Shown: positions 31,252 through 41,090, numbered from the stretch's first letter. The stretch: 64,000 nucleotides of DNA from Polyangiales bacterium (GCA_038230375.1 JBBRNJ010000003.1:1-64000), one strand, 5' to 3'. Numbers and translations: made by a program. Notes: generated by a model from the letters alone, not told the origin.

Positions 31252-31621
31252 GGCAGACGATCGCGCGCGCAAGGTGAAGACGCGCAGGACCAAGCGCAAG
31301 CTCAAGGCCGCCGCGTCGGTCGCGATCGCCCTCACCGCGGGTCTCTTCCTCGCATGTCAGCGCGGAGTCACCGAGGTCCAGAAGGCGATCGACGCCGCGA
31401 GAGGCGACGACACGGACGCGCACGCCAGCGACGCCGGCACGAGCGATCCCGCGATCACGGTGAAGGACGCAAGCGCCGACGCCACGGACGCGGGCCAGGC
31501 CCTCGACGCAGGAAGACCCGACGCAGCGCTCGCAAAACGATCAAGCAACACAAAAGACGCCGCCGTCGACGTGAACGAGCACCGCAAGGGCATGCCAGTC
31601 CGCGACAACCTGCTGGAGTAA
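31244..31621 (+). CDS. Small lipoprotein-like hypothetical protein coupled to the radical SAM gene
   Basis: Basic N-region, GLFLAC lipobox, DAG-rich linker, C-terminus EHRKGMPVRDNLLE. Confidence 0.65.
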   Translation: MSEADDRARKVKTRRTKRKLKAAASVAIALTAGLFLACQRGVTEVQKAIDAARGDDTDAHASDAGTSDPAITVKDASADATDAGQALDAGRPDAALAKRSSNTKDAAVDVNEHRKGMPVRDNLLE

Positions 31622-31717
31622 GTCGAAGTCGAGGTCGAAGTCGAAGTCGAAGTCGAAGTCGATGTCGATGTCGAAGTCGAGGTCGATGTCGCGGTCGAAG
31701 TCGATGTCGCGGTCGAT
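31622..31717. repeat. GTCGA(A/G/T) hexamer tract 1
   Basis: ~16 units starting immediately after TAA at 31621. Confidence 0.9.
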
Positions 31718-31750
31718 CACGATCGCCGCGGGGTTTGCTACGATCTCCCG

Positions 31751-32839
31751 ATGACGATCCTGCGCCGTGCGCTCGCCGCTTCGCTCGTGTGTGTCGCAAG
31801 CTGCGGCGGTGGAGACAGCGGCAGCTCGTCCGGCAACGGCGACGGTGGAGGCGGTGGAGGCGGTGGAGGCGGTGGAGGCGGTGGAGGCGCGACGCCCACG
31901 GTCGGCGGCATCTTCGCGCAGCCCGAGCCCTGGACGAAGGACGTCTCCGGCTCCGCGAAGTCCCCGCGCTCCGACGCCATCATCGCTGCGCTCGTCGCGT
32001 CTGGCGGGTTCGGTAGCAAGGTCTTCCAGATCGACTTCTCGATCCCGCTCTTCTTCGGCGACACGCAGACACCGCGGCAGACGATCACCGCGGCCGCGGG
32101 CAAGTACTGCTACGGCGGACCCGACTGCGATGCGGTCCCGCTGCAGATGCCCGTTCCCGGCAACGCCAACATCGAGGGCTCCAAGGATTTCACGTGCGAC
32201 ACGTCGGGCAGCACCGACGGCCAGGGTGACTGCCACATCCTGGTCGTCGCCAAGGACGAGAAGAAGCTCTACGAGCTCTACAACGCAACGAAGACCGGCA
32301 ACGGTCTCTCCGCGCTGGGCGCCTTCGTCTGGGACCTCACCAAGGCATACCCGGACAACCTCCGCGGCGATCAGTGCACGTCCGCGGACGCCGCTGGCTT
32401 CCCTATCGCGGCGCTGCTCCCCACCGCGGACGAGGTCGCCGCTGGCGAGGTGAAGCACGCGATCCGCTTCATCCTCCCCAACGAGCGCATGAAGAAGGGC
32501 GTGTACGTCCACCCAGCCACGCATGCCGGCGCGCCCAGCTCCGCGAACGCCGACGCACCGCCGTACGGTGTTCATTTCAGGCTCAAGCCGAGCTTCGACG
32601 CGGGCTCGTTCAGCACGGGCGAGAAAGTGATCCTGGCCACCATGAAGAAGTACGGAATGCTGCTGTCCGACGGCGGCAACATCGCGCTCACGTTCGCGGA
32701 CGATCGCACGTCCACCGCAAAGTGGGCGGACGTGAAGGTGACGGCTCAGTCGTTCGCTGCGATCAAGGCGGATGACTTCGAGGTCGTGGAGCTGGGCGCG
32801 GACGTCGCGCAGACGGACGACTGCGTTCGCAACCCCTGA
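31751..32839 (+). CDS. Secreted lipoprotein, hypothetical, with a Gly tract
   Basis: VASC lipobox, (GGAGGCGGT)n, GDCHILVV, SADAAG.P, HAIRF. Confidence 0.75.
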   Translation: MTILRRALAASLVCVASCGGGDSGSSSGNGDGGGGGGGGGGGGGGGATPTVGGIFAQPEPWTKDVSGSAKSPRSDAIIAALVASGGFGSKVFQIDFSIPLFFGDTQTPRQTITAAAGKYCYGGPDCDAVPLQMPVPGNANIEGSKDFTCDTSGSTDGQGDCHILVVAKDEKKLYELYNATKTGNGLSALGAFVWDLTKAYPDNLRGDQCTSADAAGFPIAALLPTADEVAAGEVKHAIRFILPNERMKKGVYVHPATHAGAPSSANADAPPYGVHFRLKPSFDAGSFSTGEKVILATMKKYGMLLSDGGNIALTFADDRTSTAKWADVKVTAQSFAAIKADDFEVVELGADVAQTDDCVRNP

Positions 32840-32841
32840 GC

Positions 32842-33378
32842 TCAGCGCAGCATGGGCAGCGGACGCAGCGGGTGACGAAGCATCCACCCGAGCGCGGTGC
32901 GGATGATGATCCCGTGGAAGCCCGCGTAGGGCCACTGCGCGACGAGCTCGCGCAAGAAGCGTCTGTCCATTCCAGCGCGGAGCCATCCGCGTGAGGCATC
33001 CACAAGATCTCCTCGGCGGAAGGCATCCACGACATCCGCGGCGGGCTCGGTCACGTAACGGCGCAGCGCGTGGTGATTCTCGATCGTCCTCACGCACAGA
33101 TCGATATCGACGGCGGGCGCGCGTTGTTCGAAAAAGGTCCGTGCGCGCGCGACGCTCGGCGCAAGGTAGTCGAACGTGCTGTCCGACCAGATCCCGAGAT
33201 CATGGAAGGCGCTCGTCACGGCAAGCAGGTCATCCGCGTCGTCGCGGCCCAGGAGGCGCCGCGTGACGTTGAAGACGCGGTAGGCGTGACCGCGATAGGC
33301 GCGCCGCGCCGCTCCGAACGCCGCGTCCCACTCGTCCAGCGTCTCTTCGATGAGCGCGTGGCGCGTGATGATCTCCAT
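32842..33378 (-). CDS. HD-domain-like phosphohydrolase
   Basis: YRGH.YRV.N, AFHDLGIW...FDYL.PS, IENHH, FRR.DL.D. Confidence 0.75.
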   Translation of the reverse strand: MEIITRHALIEETLDEWDAAFGAARRAYRGHAYRVFNVTRRLLGRDDADDLLAVTSAFHDLGIWSDSTFDYLAPSVARARTFFEQRAPAVDIDLCVRTIENHHALRRYVTEPAADVVDAFRRGDLVDASRGWLRAGMDRRFLRELVAQWPYAGFHGIIIRTALGWMLRHPLRPLPMLR

Positions 33379-33400
33379 CAGGTCGACCGCGCGGAACGGG

Positions 33401-34516
33401 TCACCCGCCGCCGCACTCGGACTCCTTCGTCGTGACGGCCTTGCCATCCCAGCTCAGGTTGCCGTGGAGCGTGCCGCACGCCGCCTCGAACGTGTACCTC
33501 ACCGTGTTGCCCTTTCCTGCAGACACCGCGGGCGGCGACTCACCGGTCTTCCTTGCGAGCAACAGCGTGAGCTTTCCGCCCACGCGCTTCCAGACGGTGA
33601 TGGCACCGTAGTCCTGGTTGGTGTCGCCCTTCGGCTTGCCGGCCAGCGCAGGGTCGTCGATGATCGTCGCGATCAGAAGCTCCGTCTGCGCGTCGGGCCG
33701 CCACGTCCAGAAGTGAGTGACGGCCGGTTTGTAGTGCCACAGGCCATCCTCCTGTGTGGTGGTCTGGTCCTTCACCTGGCGGTACTCCTCGGGCAGCAGC
33801 GGGATGCAGAGCTTCGCGGTCTCTGGCTCGCTGCGCGGGCCCACCAGGCCACCATGCGACTCGCGCAGCGCCGCCTTGAAGTCCGGATCGCTCCGCACGC
33901 TCTTCAGGTCGTCGTCGCTCTTCGCCTTTTCCAGCATGTTGGAGGCCTTCGCATCGCCGTCGTCGGCGGCGCGGCCGATCTCCGAAAGCGCCCAGATGCT
34001 GTCCTTGGGTTTGCCTGCGAGCGCGAGGCCGCACGTCATGTTGTAGCGCGCGAGGATCATCGACGGCCGCACCGTGAGCGCGACACGCCACCAGCGGTTC
34101 GCGATGTCGTACTCCTTCTTTCCGTAGTGGTGGTAGCCGCCGTCATTCAGCGCGGTGGCGAGATCTCCGAGCGTGTCTGCGCAGTCGTCGGGCGCGATCG
34201 CCTTCTGCAGCTCCGCGACGTCCACCGTGCCGTCCGAGACCTTGGTGTCCTCACCCTTGTCCAGCTTGGCAATACGCGCCTTCGCGTCGGCTGACGCTTT
34301 GCACTTGGTCTTGCCCTTGGCCTTGTCGGAGGACCACTCGGGGACGTCGCCGACACCCTCGATCGCATGGGTGCCGGCCGCGGCCGCCGCCTTCACCGGA
34401 CCGGCATCCGCGGCTGCCGCGTCGGCGCCGCCGTCGCCGGTCGCGTCGGTCTTCTTGGGACACGCGCAGAGGAGGAGCAGCAGGGCAGGGGCGAACGCGC
34501 GAGGCCGAATGGTCAT
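33401..34516 (-). CDS. TPR-containing lipoprotein
   Basis: LCAC lipobox; LNDGGY..Y...Y..A...W, ARYNMTC, A.SDDDL.SVR..P.F. Confidence 0.7.
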   Translation of the reverse strand: MTIRPRAFAPALLLLLCACPKKTDATGDGGADAAAADAGPVKAAAAAGTHAIEGVGDVPEWSSDKAKGKTKCKASADAKARIAKLDKGEDTKVSDGTVDVAELQKAIAPDDCADTLGDLATALNDGGYHHYGKKEYDIANRWWRVALTVRPSMILARYNMTCGLALAGKPKDSIWALSEIGRAADDGDAKASNMLEKAKSDDDLKSVRSDPDFKAALRESHGGLVGPRSEPETAKLCIPLLPEEYRQVKDQTTTQEDGLWHYKPAVTHFWTWRPDAQTELLIATIIDDPALAGKPKGDTNQDYGAITVWKRVGGKLTLLLARKTGESPPAVSAGKGNTVRYTFEAACGTLHGNLSWDGKAVTTKESECGGG

Positions 34517-34548
34517 GCGCGATGTTCGCCTGTGCCGGCCGCGTTCGT

Positions 34549-35148
34549 CTACTCCGTTTCCACGGCGGCTCCGTGGCCCGCTGCCAGCCCTCCGTGCCAG
34601 GTTCCGTCCAGCAGGCGCGCGAGATACTTGCGCACGTCGCCGGGCCAGCCCTTCACCAGCCTCTTCCACGCCTTCTCGTCGCGGGCGAAGAGCGCGCGCG
34701 AGGCCTCCTCGAAGTTGGGGCGATTGCCCGCGAGGGTGCTCATCACGCGGCTCGCAGCGCTCTGTGCCTTGCGCACGTGCGCGCGGTCGGGCTCCTTCTT
34801 GCGTGCCTCGTCGATGAGCCGGCGTATCGCGGCGGAGTTGCCGTGCGGCTGCTCGTCGAGCCAGTCCCAGTGCCGCGGCAAGAGCGAGATCTCGCGCGAC
34901 ACCACGCCGAGCTTCGGCCGTCCGCGACCTTGCTGCTCGGGCTTCGGGAGCACGCGGTGGAGCACGTCCTCGAGCGTGCCGGTGAGATCGAAGTCGACCT
35001 CACCGCCGGTCTCATCCCTGAAGATCAGGACGCCATCCACGCCCTTCCTGTCGAACCGGCTCTTCAAGCCAGACACGACCAGCGAGAGGGCGCCGGACAC
35101 GAGCAACGAATCGCCGGCAAACGCGGTGTAGGTGAGCTCTTCAGACAT
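34549..35148 (-). CDS. DUF2239 family protein
   Basis: YTAFAG, LIF.DETG..VD.D, RGRPKLGVVSREISLLPRHWDWL..QP, FEEA.RAL. Confidence 0.9.
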   Translation of the reverse strand: MSEELTYTAFAGDSLLVSGALSLVVSGLKSRFDRKGVDGVLIFRDETGGEVDFDLTGTLEDVLHRVLPKPEQQGRGRPKLGVVSREISLLPRHWDWLDEQPHGNSAAIRRLIDEARKKEPDRAHVRKAQSAASRVMSTLAGNRPNFEEASRALFARDEKAWKRLVKGWPGDVRKYLARLLDGTWHGGLAAGHGAAVETE

Positions 35149-35157
35149 ATACCTATA

Positions 35158-35199
35158 TTATACCCGGGTATAAATATTGTCAATATCTTCCGGGTAAAA
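35158..35199. promoter_or_regulatory. Tandem operator-like sites upstream of the DUF2239 gene
   Basis: Perfect palindrome TTATACCCGGGTATAA (35158-35173) plus a second TCTTCCGGGTAAAA. Confidence 0.7.
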
Positions 35200-35319
35200 A
35201 AGTCTTGCATCCCTCCGCGCGGTGATGAGTTCCAGCTCGAAAACCAGGCGATCGAGCGTCCCGAGCGCGCCGATTTCGTCGCTGGAAAACGGCCCGGGTG
35301 ATCTGGTAGGCTCGCCGCC

Positions 35320-36237
35320 ATGCGACTGATCCTGCCTCTCCTCGTGGTTCCCGTCTCGCTGGTTCTCGCTGCATGCGGAGGGCCGCCGCCACCGAAAGAC
35401 GGCAGTGGCGCAAGCGGCGCGACAAACCCGAACTACGTCCACGATGGGAAGGGCCCCGTTGACGCGAAGACGGTCCACGCATGTGGCCCCGCGGACAAGG
35501 TCCACAAGTACGATCTGCACGACGAGGACGGCGACAAGGCCATGGTCCCCTGCAGCTCCGACGGCGACGACGCTGAAGGCAAGGCTGGTCACGACTTCTC
35601 CGGCGCGATCCACATCGAGACCGTCCCGGAGGGCGTGCACATCACCATCCACGCCACCGACGACGAGGTCAACCTAGGCGCCCTCGGCTCGGACGTGAAG
35701 ACGCGCGACGCAGTCCTCGTCTACCCGAAGGGCCCCACGTCGAAGGCCGTCGAGGTGAAGCTGAAACACACCGCGCATGGCTACACGGGCGACAAGGTCA
35801 TCCTCTTCGAGGACCTGGACAAACTCACGGACGAAGGCACCACGATCCAGGTCGCCATCTTCGACCACGACAAGAAGGGTGGCGCGCCCGCCGAGGAGCT
35901 CCACGTCTCGCTCAACGTCAGCGCCGGCAAGAGCTGCGAGCGCGCGATCGACGAGAACCCGCAGACGGTCGACATGGGCAAGAAGGGCGGAACTCCCGAC
36001 CTCACGAACGCGCAGCTAGGCGGCCCCATGTCGTCGAGCGCATTCATGTCGAGCTGCGGACTGGCCGACAGCGCCAACGCGGAGATCTGCGTGGCGGTCA
36101 AGAAGGGCAAGCCGCTCGGCGTCAGCGTGAAGGTGAGCCCGGCCAACAACAGGGTCGCCGCATGCATCGACAAGTCCACGCGGAAGCTCAAGTTCCCCGA
36201 GTCCGAAAAGCTCGACGTCGTCCACCAGAAATTCTGA
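35320..36237 (+). CDS. Lipoprotein, hypothetical
   Basis: LAACGG lipobox; C-terminal TonB-C/AgmX-like Cys-containing domain. Confidence 0.7.
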   Translation: MRLILPLLVVPVSLVLAACGGPPPPKDGSGASGATNPNYVHDGKGPVDAKTVHACGPADKVHKYDLHDEDGDKAMVPCSSDGDDAEGKAGHDFSGAIHIETVPEGVHITIHATDDEVNLGALGSDVKTRDAVLVYPKGPTSKAVEVKLKHTAHGYTGDKVILFEDLDKLTDEGTTIQVAIFDHDKKGGAPAEELHVSLNVSAGKSCERAIDENPQTVDMGKKGGTPDLTNAQLGGPMSSSAFMSSCGLADSANAEICVAVKKGKPLGVSVKVSPANNRVAACIDKSTRKLKFPESEKLDVVHQKF

Positions 36238-36254
36238 CCCGATCTCTGCCTACG

Positions 36255-37151
36255 ATGGAGTGGCACCGCGTGTTCAGGGTCTGTGCGTGGACTCCACCAC
36301 TGGGCACTGCCGTTCTGTGCCTCCTGTGCGGTTCGTGCGGCGCGCCTGCCGCCGATGGCGAAGGATCACGTACGCCACAGGCCGCGCGATCCTGTGGAGC
36401 TCCGGCAGAGACCCAGCAGCATCAGGCCACGTGGGAGCAGGTGCAACTGGTCGTGAAGGCCCGCGCATCGCAGCGCGCCATGGACGCCGCGGTCGCGTGT
36501 GAGACCGCCCGCGGCTTGGTGACGCAGTGTCCAGGCTGGGATCCGGGCACCGGCGCTGCCCAGCGCGTGGCGTGTCAGGTCGCGCTGGCGGAGGACATGG
36601 ATGCGCTCGAGGAGTCGCTCATCATGACGCTGAACCCGTCGCCACTCACGGAGCCGCTCGAAGGCGACCCGTGGGTCAGCGCGGGGCCGCGCAGCTTCGC
36701 GGCTTCACTGGCCCGCTTCGAGACGCTCGCTCCGCACACGCCCGACGAAACGAAGGTGCTCGCGGCGGCCCAGTTGCTCAGGAAGGACTCGCTTCGCTAC
36801 GGCAACGACGTCCAGCGCCTTCACTCGACCTGCGCGGACATCGACGAGCTCGAGAAGGCGATGGGCGCGGTCGGCGCATTCACCGCACAGCGCTACGAGC
36901 GAACCGTCGAGATACGGAGAAACACGGAGGTGGAGCTCCGACAACGACGCGTCCGCGCCGTCGTCGCGAAGGAGTATGCCGTCGCCGACACCACGGCTGC
37001 CATGCGCGAGGACCTCGCGCTCGCGCGCAAGCTGTCTTCCGAGCTGCGGTGCTACAGCGCGGAGGCCGCGAAGGGCGCCGACGACGACATTGCCAAGTGG
37101 GTCACGAAGGTCGAGGCCGCGGGCGCCGCGCGAAAGCCCCCCTCGCGCTGA
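36255..37151 (+). CDS. Hypothetical protein (possible lipoprotein)
   Basis: Long ORF with coding-like codon usage. Confidence 0.55.
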   Translation: MEWHRVFRVCAWTPPLGTAVLCLLCGSCGAPAADGEGSRTPQAARSCGAPAETQQHQATWEQVQLVVKARASQRAMDAAVACETARGLVTQCPGWDPGTGAAQRVACQVALAEDMDALEESLIMTLNPSPLTEPLEGDPWVSAGPRSFAASLARFETLAPHTPDETKVLAAAQLLRKDSLRYGNDVQRLHSTCADIDELEKAMGAVGAFTAQRYERTVEIRRNTEVELRQRRVRAVVAKEYAVADTTAAMREDLALARKLSSELRCYSAEAAKGADDDIAKWVTKVEAAGAARKPPSR

Positions 37152-37224
37152 CGCTGACGCGCCACGCTGATCGCGGAGCACTGGGTCCCACAGTGGAACC
37201 AAGTTGCTTTTCGACTTAATTCCG

Positions 37225-37251
37225 TCAAGAGCCGGTCGTAACTGCCGTTCC
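37225..37251 (+). promoter_or_regulatory. Possible sigma28/FliA promoter
   Basis: TCAAG-N14-GCCGTTCC about 60 bp upstream of flagellin; imperfect -10. Confidence 0.4.
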
Positions 37252-37313
37252 CCTGAATCGAGAGCGATGCCCGACACAGTCCGTGTCGCGAGCTCGAACA
37301 ACGGAGAACGCCC

Positions 37314-38141
37314 ATGGCTGTCACGATCAATACGAACGTCGGCTCGCTAACCGCGCAAAAGAACCTGGCCAACACCCAGGCCGCGCTTTCCAAGAGCTTT
37401 GCGCGGCTCTCGTCTGGCTACCGCATCAACTCGGCAGCGGACGACGCGGCCGGTCTCGCCATCTCGGACAGCATGCAGAGCCAGATCCGCAGCTACACCG
37501 TCGCTGGTCGCAACACCAACGACGGCATCAGCATGGCGCAGACAGCGGACGGCGCGCTTGGTCAGGTGACCGACATCCTCGGCCGCATGCGCGAGCTGGC
37601 GACCCAGGGCGCCAACGGCTCCCTCCAGACCAGCGACCGCGCGTACCTCGCAACGGAGTTCAAGTCGCTCCAGTCCGAGGTGAAGCGCATCCTCACAAGC
37701 ACAAAGTTCAACGGCAACGCGCTCATCACGCAGACCAGCTCGTCGGTGTCGTTCCAGGTGGGCATCAACAACACCACGGACGACCGCATCGCGGTCACCT
37801 TCGGCGGCGTGCACCTGTCGGCGCTCGTCTCCACGGCCACATCGATCTCGGGCGCGGCCGGCGGCGCCCAGTCCGCGCTGGACACGATCGACAACGCGCT
37901 CAAGACGGTCTCCACCACGCGCGGACGCTTCGGCGCCGTCATGAACCGTCTCGAGATCACCTCCGCCAACATCCAGACGGCGAGCCTGAACCTCGCTGCA
38001 GCGAACTCGCGCATCCGCGACGTGGACGTGGCCGCGGAGACCGCGAACCTCTCGCGCACGCAGGTGCTCGCTCAGGCCGGCACGTCAATCCTGGCGCAAG
38101 CGAACCAGTCGCCGCAGATGGCGCTCTCGCTGCTTCGCTGA
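37314..38141 (+). CDS. fliC: Flagellin (short, D0/D1 only)
   Basis: INTNV, RLSSGYRINSAADDAAGLAIS, N.NDGISMAQTADGAL, SRIRDVD.A.E, Q.L.QAG.SILAQANQ.PQ..LSLLR. Confidence 0.95.
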   Translation: MAVTINTNVGSLTAQKNLANTQAALSKSFARLSSGYRINSAADDAAGLAISDSMQSQIRSYTVAGRNTNDGISMAQTADGALGQVTDILGRMRELATQGANGSLQTSDRAYLATEFKSLQSEVKRILTSTKFNGNALITQTSSSVSFQVGINNTTDDRIAVTFGGVHLSALVSTATSISGAAGGAQSALDTIDNALKTVSTTRGRFGAVMNRLEITSANIQTASLNLAAANSRIRDVDVAAETANLSRTQVLAQAGTSILAQANQSPQMALSLLR

Positions 38142-38156
38142 ACCCTGCGTGTTAGG

Positions 38157-39446
38157 GTGCCGGCGATCATGCCGGCCCCTGCCGAAGACGAGAACGCCGC
38201 GGCCGCATCGCCCCCTCCGAAGGGCCCGACGCGCGCGGCGTTCGTCTTCATCTTCATCACGGTGCTCACCGACATGCTTGCGCTCGGCATCATGGTGCCC
38301 GTGCTACCCAAGCTCATCGTGCAGTTCGAACACGGAGATGTCGCGCAGGCCGCGAAGGTCTCAGGTGTATTCGGCTTCGCCTGGGCGCTCATGCAGTTCT
38401 TGGCTTCGCCCGTGCTGGGCGCGCTTTCCGATCGGTTCGGTCGAAGGCCCATCGTGCTTCTCTCGAACTTCGGGCTGGGCGTGGACTACGTCTTGATGGC
38501 GCTCGCGCCCAGCCTGTCATGGCTCTTCGTGGGCCGGGTCATCTCCGGCATCACCGCCGCCAGCTACCCCACGGCCAGCGCGTACATCGCTGACGTCACA
38601 CCACCCGAGAAGCGCGCCGCGAGCTTCGGCATGCTGGGCGCAGCGTTCGGGCTTGGCTTCATCGTGGGCCCCGCGGTGGGCGGCGTGCTCGGCGGCATCG
38701 ATCTGCGCTTGCCGTTCTGGGTGGCGGCTGCGCTGAGCCTTGCCAACACGCTGTACGGCGCCTTCATCCTTCCGGAGTCGCTGCCCGTGGGCAAGCGCTC
38801 CGCGTTCAGCCTGAAGAAGGCGAGCCCCATCGGCGCCATCTCCATGCTCATGCGCGACCGCGTGATCCTCGGCCTGGCCGCGGCGACCTTCCTTTACTCG
38901 ATCGCGCACGAGTCGCTGCCGAGTATGTTTGTATTATACACGGACTTCCGGTACCACTTCAGCGAGCGCATGGTGGGCGTCTCGCTCGCCATCGTTGGCG
39001 TGTGCTCCACCATCGTGGCTGCGGGGCTGGTGGGCCCGTCGGTGAAGCGCTTCGGCGAGCGGAGCACGCTGGCGCTCGGTCTGCTGGCTGGCGCGGTGGG
39101 CTTCGGAATCTATGCGGCAGCGCCAACGACGCTGCCGTTCCTGTGCGGCATGCCGTTCGTCGCGCTCTGGGGTCTCGCGGGGCCATCGATGCAGTCGCTC
39201 ATGTCCAGGACCGCTGGCGCGGAGGAGCAGGGCAAGCTGCAGGGCGCCGTGAGCAGCCTGCGAGGGATCACGGGGATGGTGGGGCCGCTCCTGTTCACGC
39301 AGGGGTTCGCGTTCTTCGTGCGGCCCGGGGCGCCGCTGTTCTTGCCTGGTTTTCCCTACTGGCTTGCGAGCGGCCTGGTCCTCACGAGCTTGCTCCTGGC
39401 GATGGTCGCCGCCCGCAGTGCCGCGCGTTCCGACCGGGCGAGCTGA
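38157..39446 (+). CDS. MFS transporter, TetA/DHA1-like
   Basis: GALSDRFGRRP, GR.ISGIT.A, G.IVGP.VGG.L; ~12 TM helices. Confidence 0.9.
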   Translation: MPAIMPAPAEDENAAAASPPPKGPTRAAFVFIFITVLTDMLALGIMVPVLPKLIVQFEHGDVAQAAKVSGVFGFAWALMQFLASPVLGALSDRFGRRPIVLLSNFGLGVDYVLMALAPSLSWLFVGRVISGITAASYPTASAYIADVTPPEKRAASFGMLGAAFGLGFIVGPAVGGVLGGIDLRLPFWVAAALSLANTLYGAFILPESLPVGKRSAFSLKKASPIGAISMLMRDRVILGLAAATFLYSIAHESLPSMFVLYTDFRYHFSERMVGVSLAIVGVCSTIVAAGLVGPSVKRFGERSTLALGLLAGAVGFGIYAAAPTTLPFLCGMPFVALWGLAGPSMQSLMSRTAGAEEQGKLQGAVSSLRGITGMVGPLLFTQGFAFFVRPGAPLFLPGFPYWLASGLVLTSLLLAMVAARSAARSDRAS

Positions 39447-39478
39447 CGCCTCCCGACTTCTCGTCTACGCTTTCTCTC

Positions 39479-40672
39479 ATGCGAAGAGTTGGCCCCGTTC
39501 TTCTCCTTTCTGCCGTGTACGCGCTCGCTTCATGCTCCTCTTCATCGTCCGGAAACGGTGGCACGCCCACGGACGACAGTGGCGCAGGCGACGGCGGCAT
39601 CACCAACGAGGATGGCGGTGCTGGCGACGCGGCCGCGCCAAATCCGTTCCAGTCCGTCCACGACGAGCTCTTCGGGGGCAAGTGGGTGACCGAGGGCGTG
39701 GTGATCATGCGCGACGGCAAGGTCGTCTACGAGGAGTATGCGAAGGGCTACACGAAGGACATGCCGCACATCTCGTACTCGGTGTCGAAGAGCATCGGCG
39801 GCACGCTCATTGGCCTGGCGATCGCCGATGGCTACATGAAGCTGACGGAGAGCGTGTGCACGTACATCACGAAGCCCGCCAGCGCGGACCCGACGCTGTG
39901 CGACACCACGATCGAGGACCTGCTCCACATGTCCTCCGGTCTGAACTGGGCGGAGGACTACGCGCTCGACCCCACGAACAGCAACGTGCTGCAGATGCTC
40001 TACGGCAACACTGACGACATGGGCGCCTATGCCGCGAGCCAGCCGCGCGCATACCCCACCAACACGCGCTGGTACTACTCCAGCGGCGACGCCGACATCC
40101 TCGCGCTCGCCTTTTCGGGCGCGCTGGCCGCAAAGTCCATGGACGCGCGCACGTACGCCCAGACCAAGCTCATGACGCCCCTGGGCATCACAACCAGCAC
40201 GTTCGAGACGGACCACGCAGGCACGCTGGTCTTCTCCTCATCCTGGTACGCGACCACGCGCGACATGGCGAAGATGGGCCAGCTCTATCTGGATGACGGC
40301 ATGGTCGGCACCACGCGGGTCCTGCCAGCTGGCTGGGTGAAGTATGCCATCACGCCCGCGCCCGCCGCGTCCACGGCAACCAAGCGCGACCCGATGCAGG
40401 CCGCACCTGGTGACACGGGCGGCTCGTACGGCGCGCAGATCTGGCTGAACGCGGTGTCCGCGGCCGCCACGCCCGACACCATCGCCTGGCCCGGCGTCCC
40501 CAATGACGAGTACGCGTTCGAGGGTCACTATGGGCAGAAGGTCTTCATGGTGCCGTCGCGCAAGCTGGTCATCGCGCGGGTCGGCAACGATCGAAAGCCG
40601 ACATTCGACCCAGCACCCATGGTCTCGAAGGCAGTCGCCGTGGTCGACGCGCTCATCGCGGGAGGTAAATGA
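39479..40672 (+). CDS. Serine hydrolase (class C beta-lactamase family), lipoprotein
   Basis: LASC lipobox; SVSK SxxK, LLHMSSGL, YYSS, G..GQ. Confidence 0.88.
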   Translation: MRRVGPVLLLSAVYALASCSSSSSGNGGTPTDDSGAGDGGITNEDGGAGDAAAPNPFQSVHDELFGGKWVTEGVVIMRDGKVVYEEYAKGYTKDMPHISYSVSKSIGGTLIGLAIADGYMKLTESVCTYITKPASADPTLCDTTIEDLLHMSSGLNWAEDYALDPTNSNVLQMLYGNTDDMGAYAASQPRAYPTNTRWYYSSGDADILALAFSGALAAKSMDARTYAQTKLMTPLGITTSTFETDHAGTLVFSSSWYATTRDMAKMGQLYLDDGMVGTTRVLPAGWVKYAITPAPAASTATKRDPMQAAPGDTGGSYGAQIWLNAVSAAATPDTIAWPGVPNDEYAFEGHYGQKVFMVPSRKLVIARVGNDRKPTFDPAPMVSKAVAVVDALIAGGK

Positions 40673-41010
40673 AAATGAAGAAGCTCATCCTCGCATTCGC
40701 CACGATCACGTTCGTCTCGTTGCTCCCCGCAGACGACGCCCAGGCTCGCAGGATCACCGCGCCTGCCGACATCTCTCACATCTTGACCGGCTTCTCCGCG
40801 AAGGAGACGTGCTCGTGCGTCTTTGCCGTCGGCCAGACGGACACCTATTGCAAGGCATTCGGGCAGCAGGCGGGCTTCGAGGCGATCGCCATCACCATCG
40901 ACCACAGCGGCAAGAAGGTCACCGCGACCTACAGCCCGCCCACGGGCACATCGGTCACGCGCAGCGCGACCGCAGCCGCAGGTGCGGGCTGCGAGCTGGA
41001 CGCGTACTGA
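40669..41010 (+). CDS. Small secreted protein resembling the N-terminal cap of serine hydrolases
   Basis: Signal peptide; TGFSAKETCSCVF..G, ...GC.L; ATGA coupling. Confidence 0.6.
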   Translation: MKMKKLILAFATITFVSLLPADDAQARRITAPADISHILTGFSAKETCSCVFAVGQTDTYCKAFGQQAGFEAIAITIDHSGKKVTATYSPPTGTSVTRSATAAAGAGCELDAY

Positions 41011-41090
41011 GGCGCGAGCGTATTACCGCGTAGTGGCGCGAACCGAGCGACGCTTGTGGCCGTGGCTGGGATTCCAGATACGGTACAAGG

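Noticed and set aside
38157..40672. Tetracycline and beta-lactam resistance genes
   Set aside because: Family-level similarity only (DHA1 MFS, serine hydrolase); no mobile context or evidence for substrate
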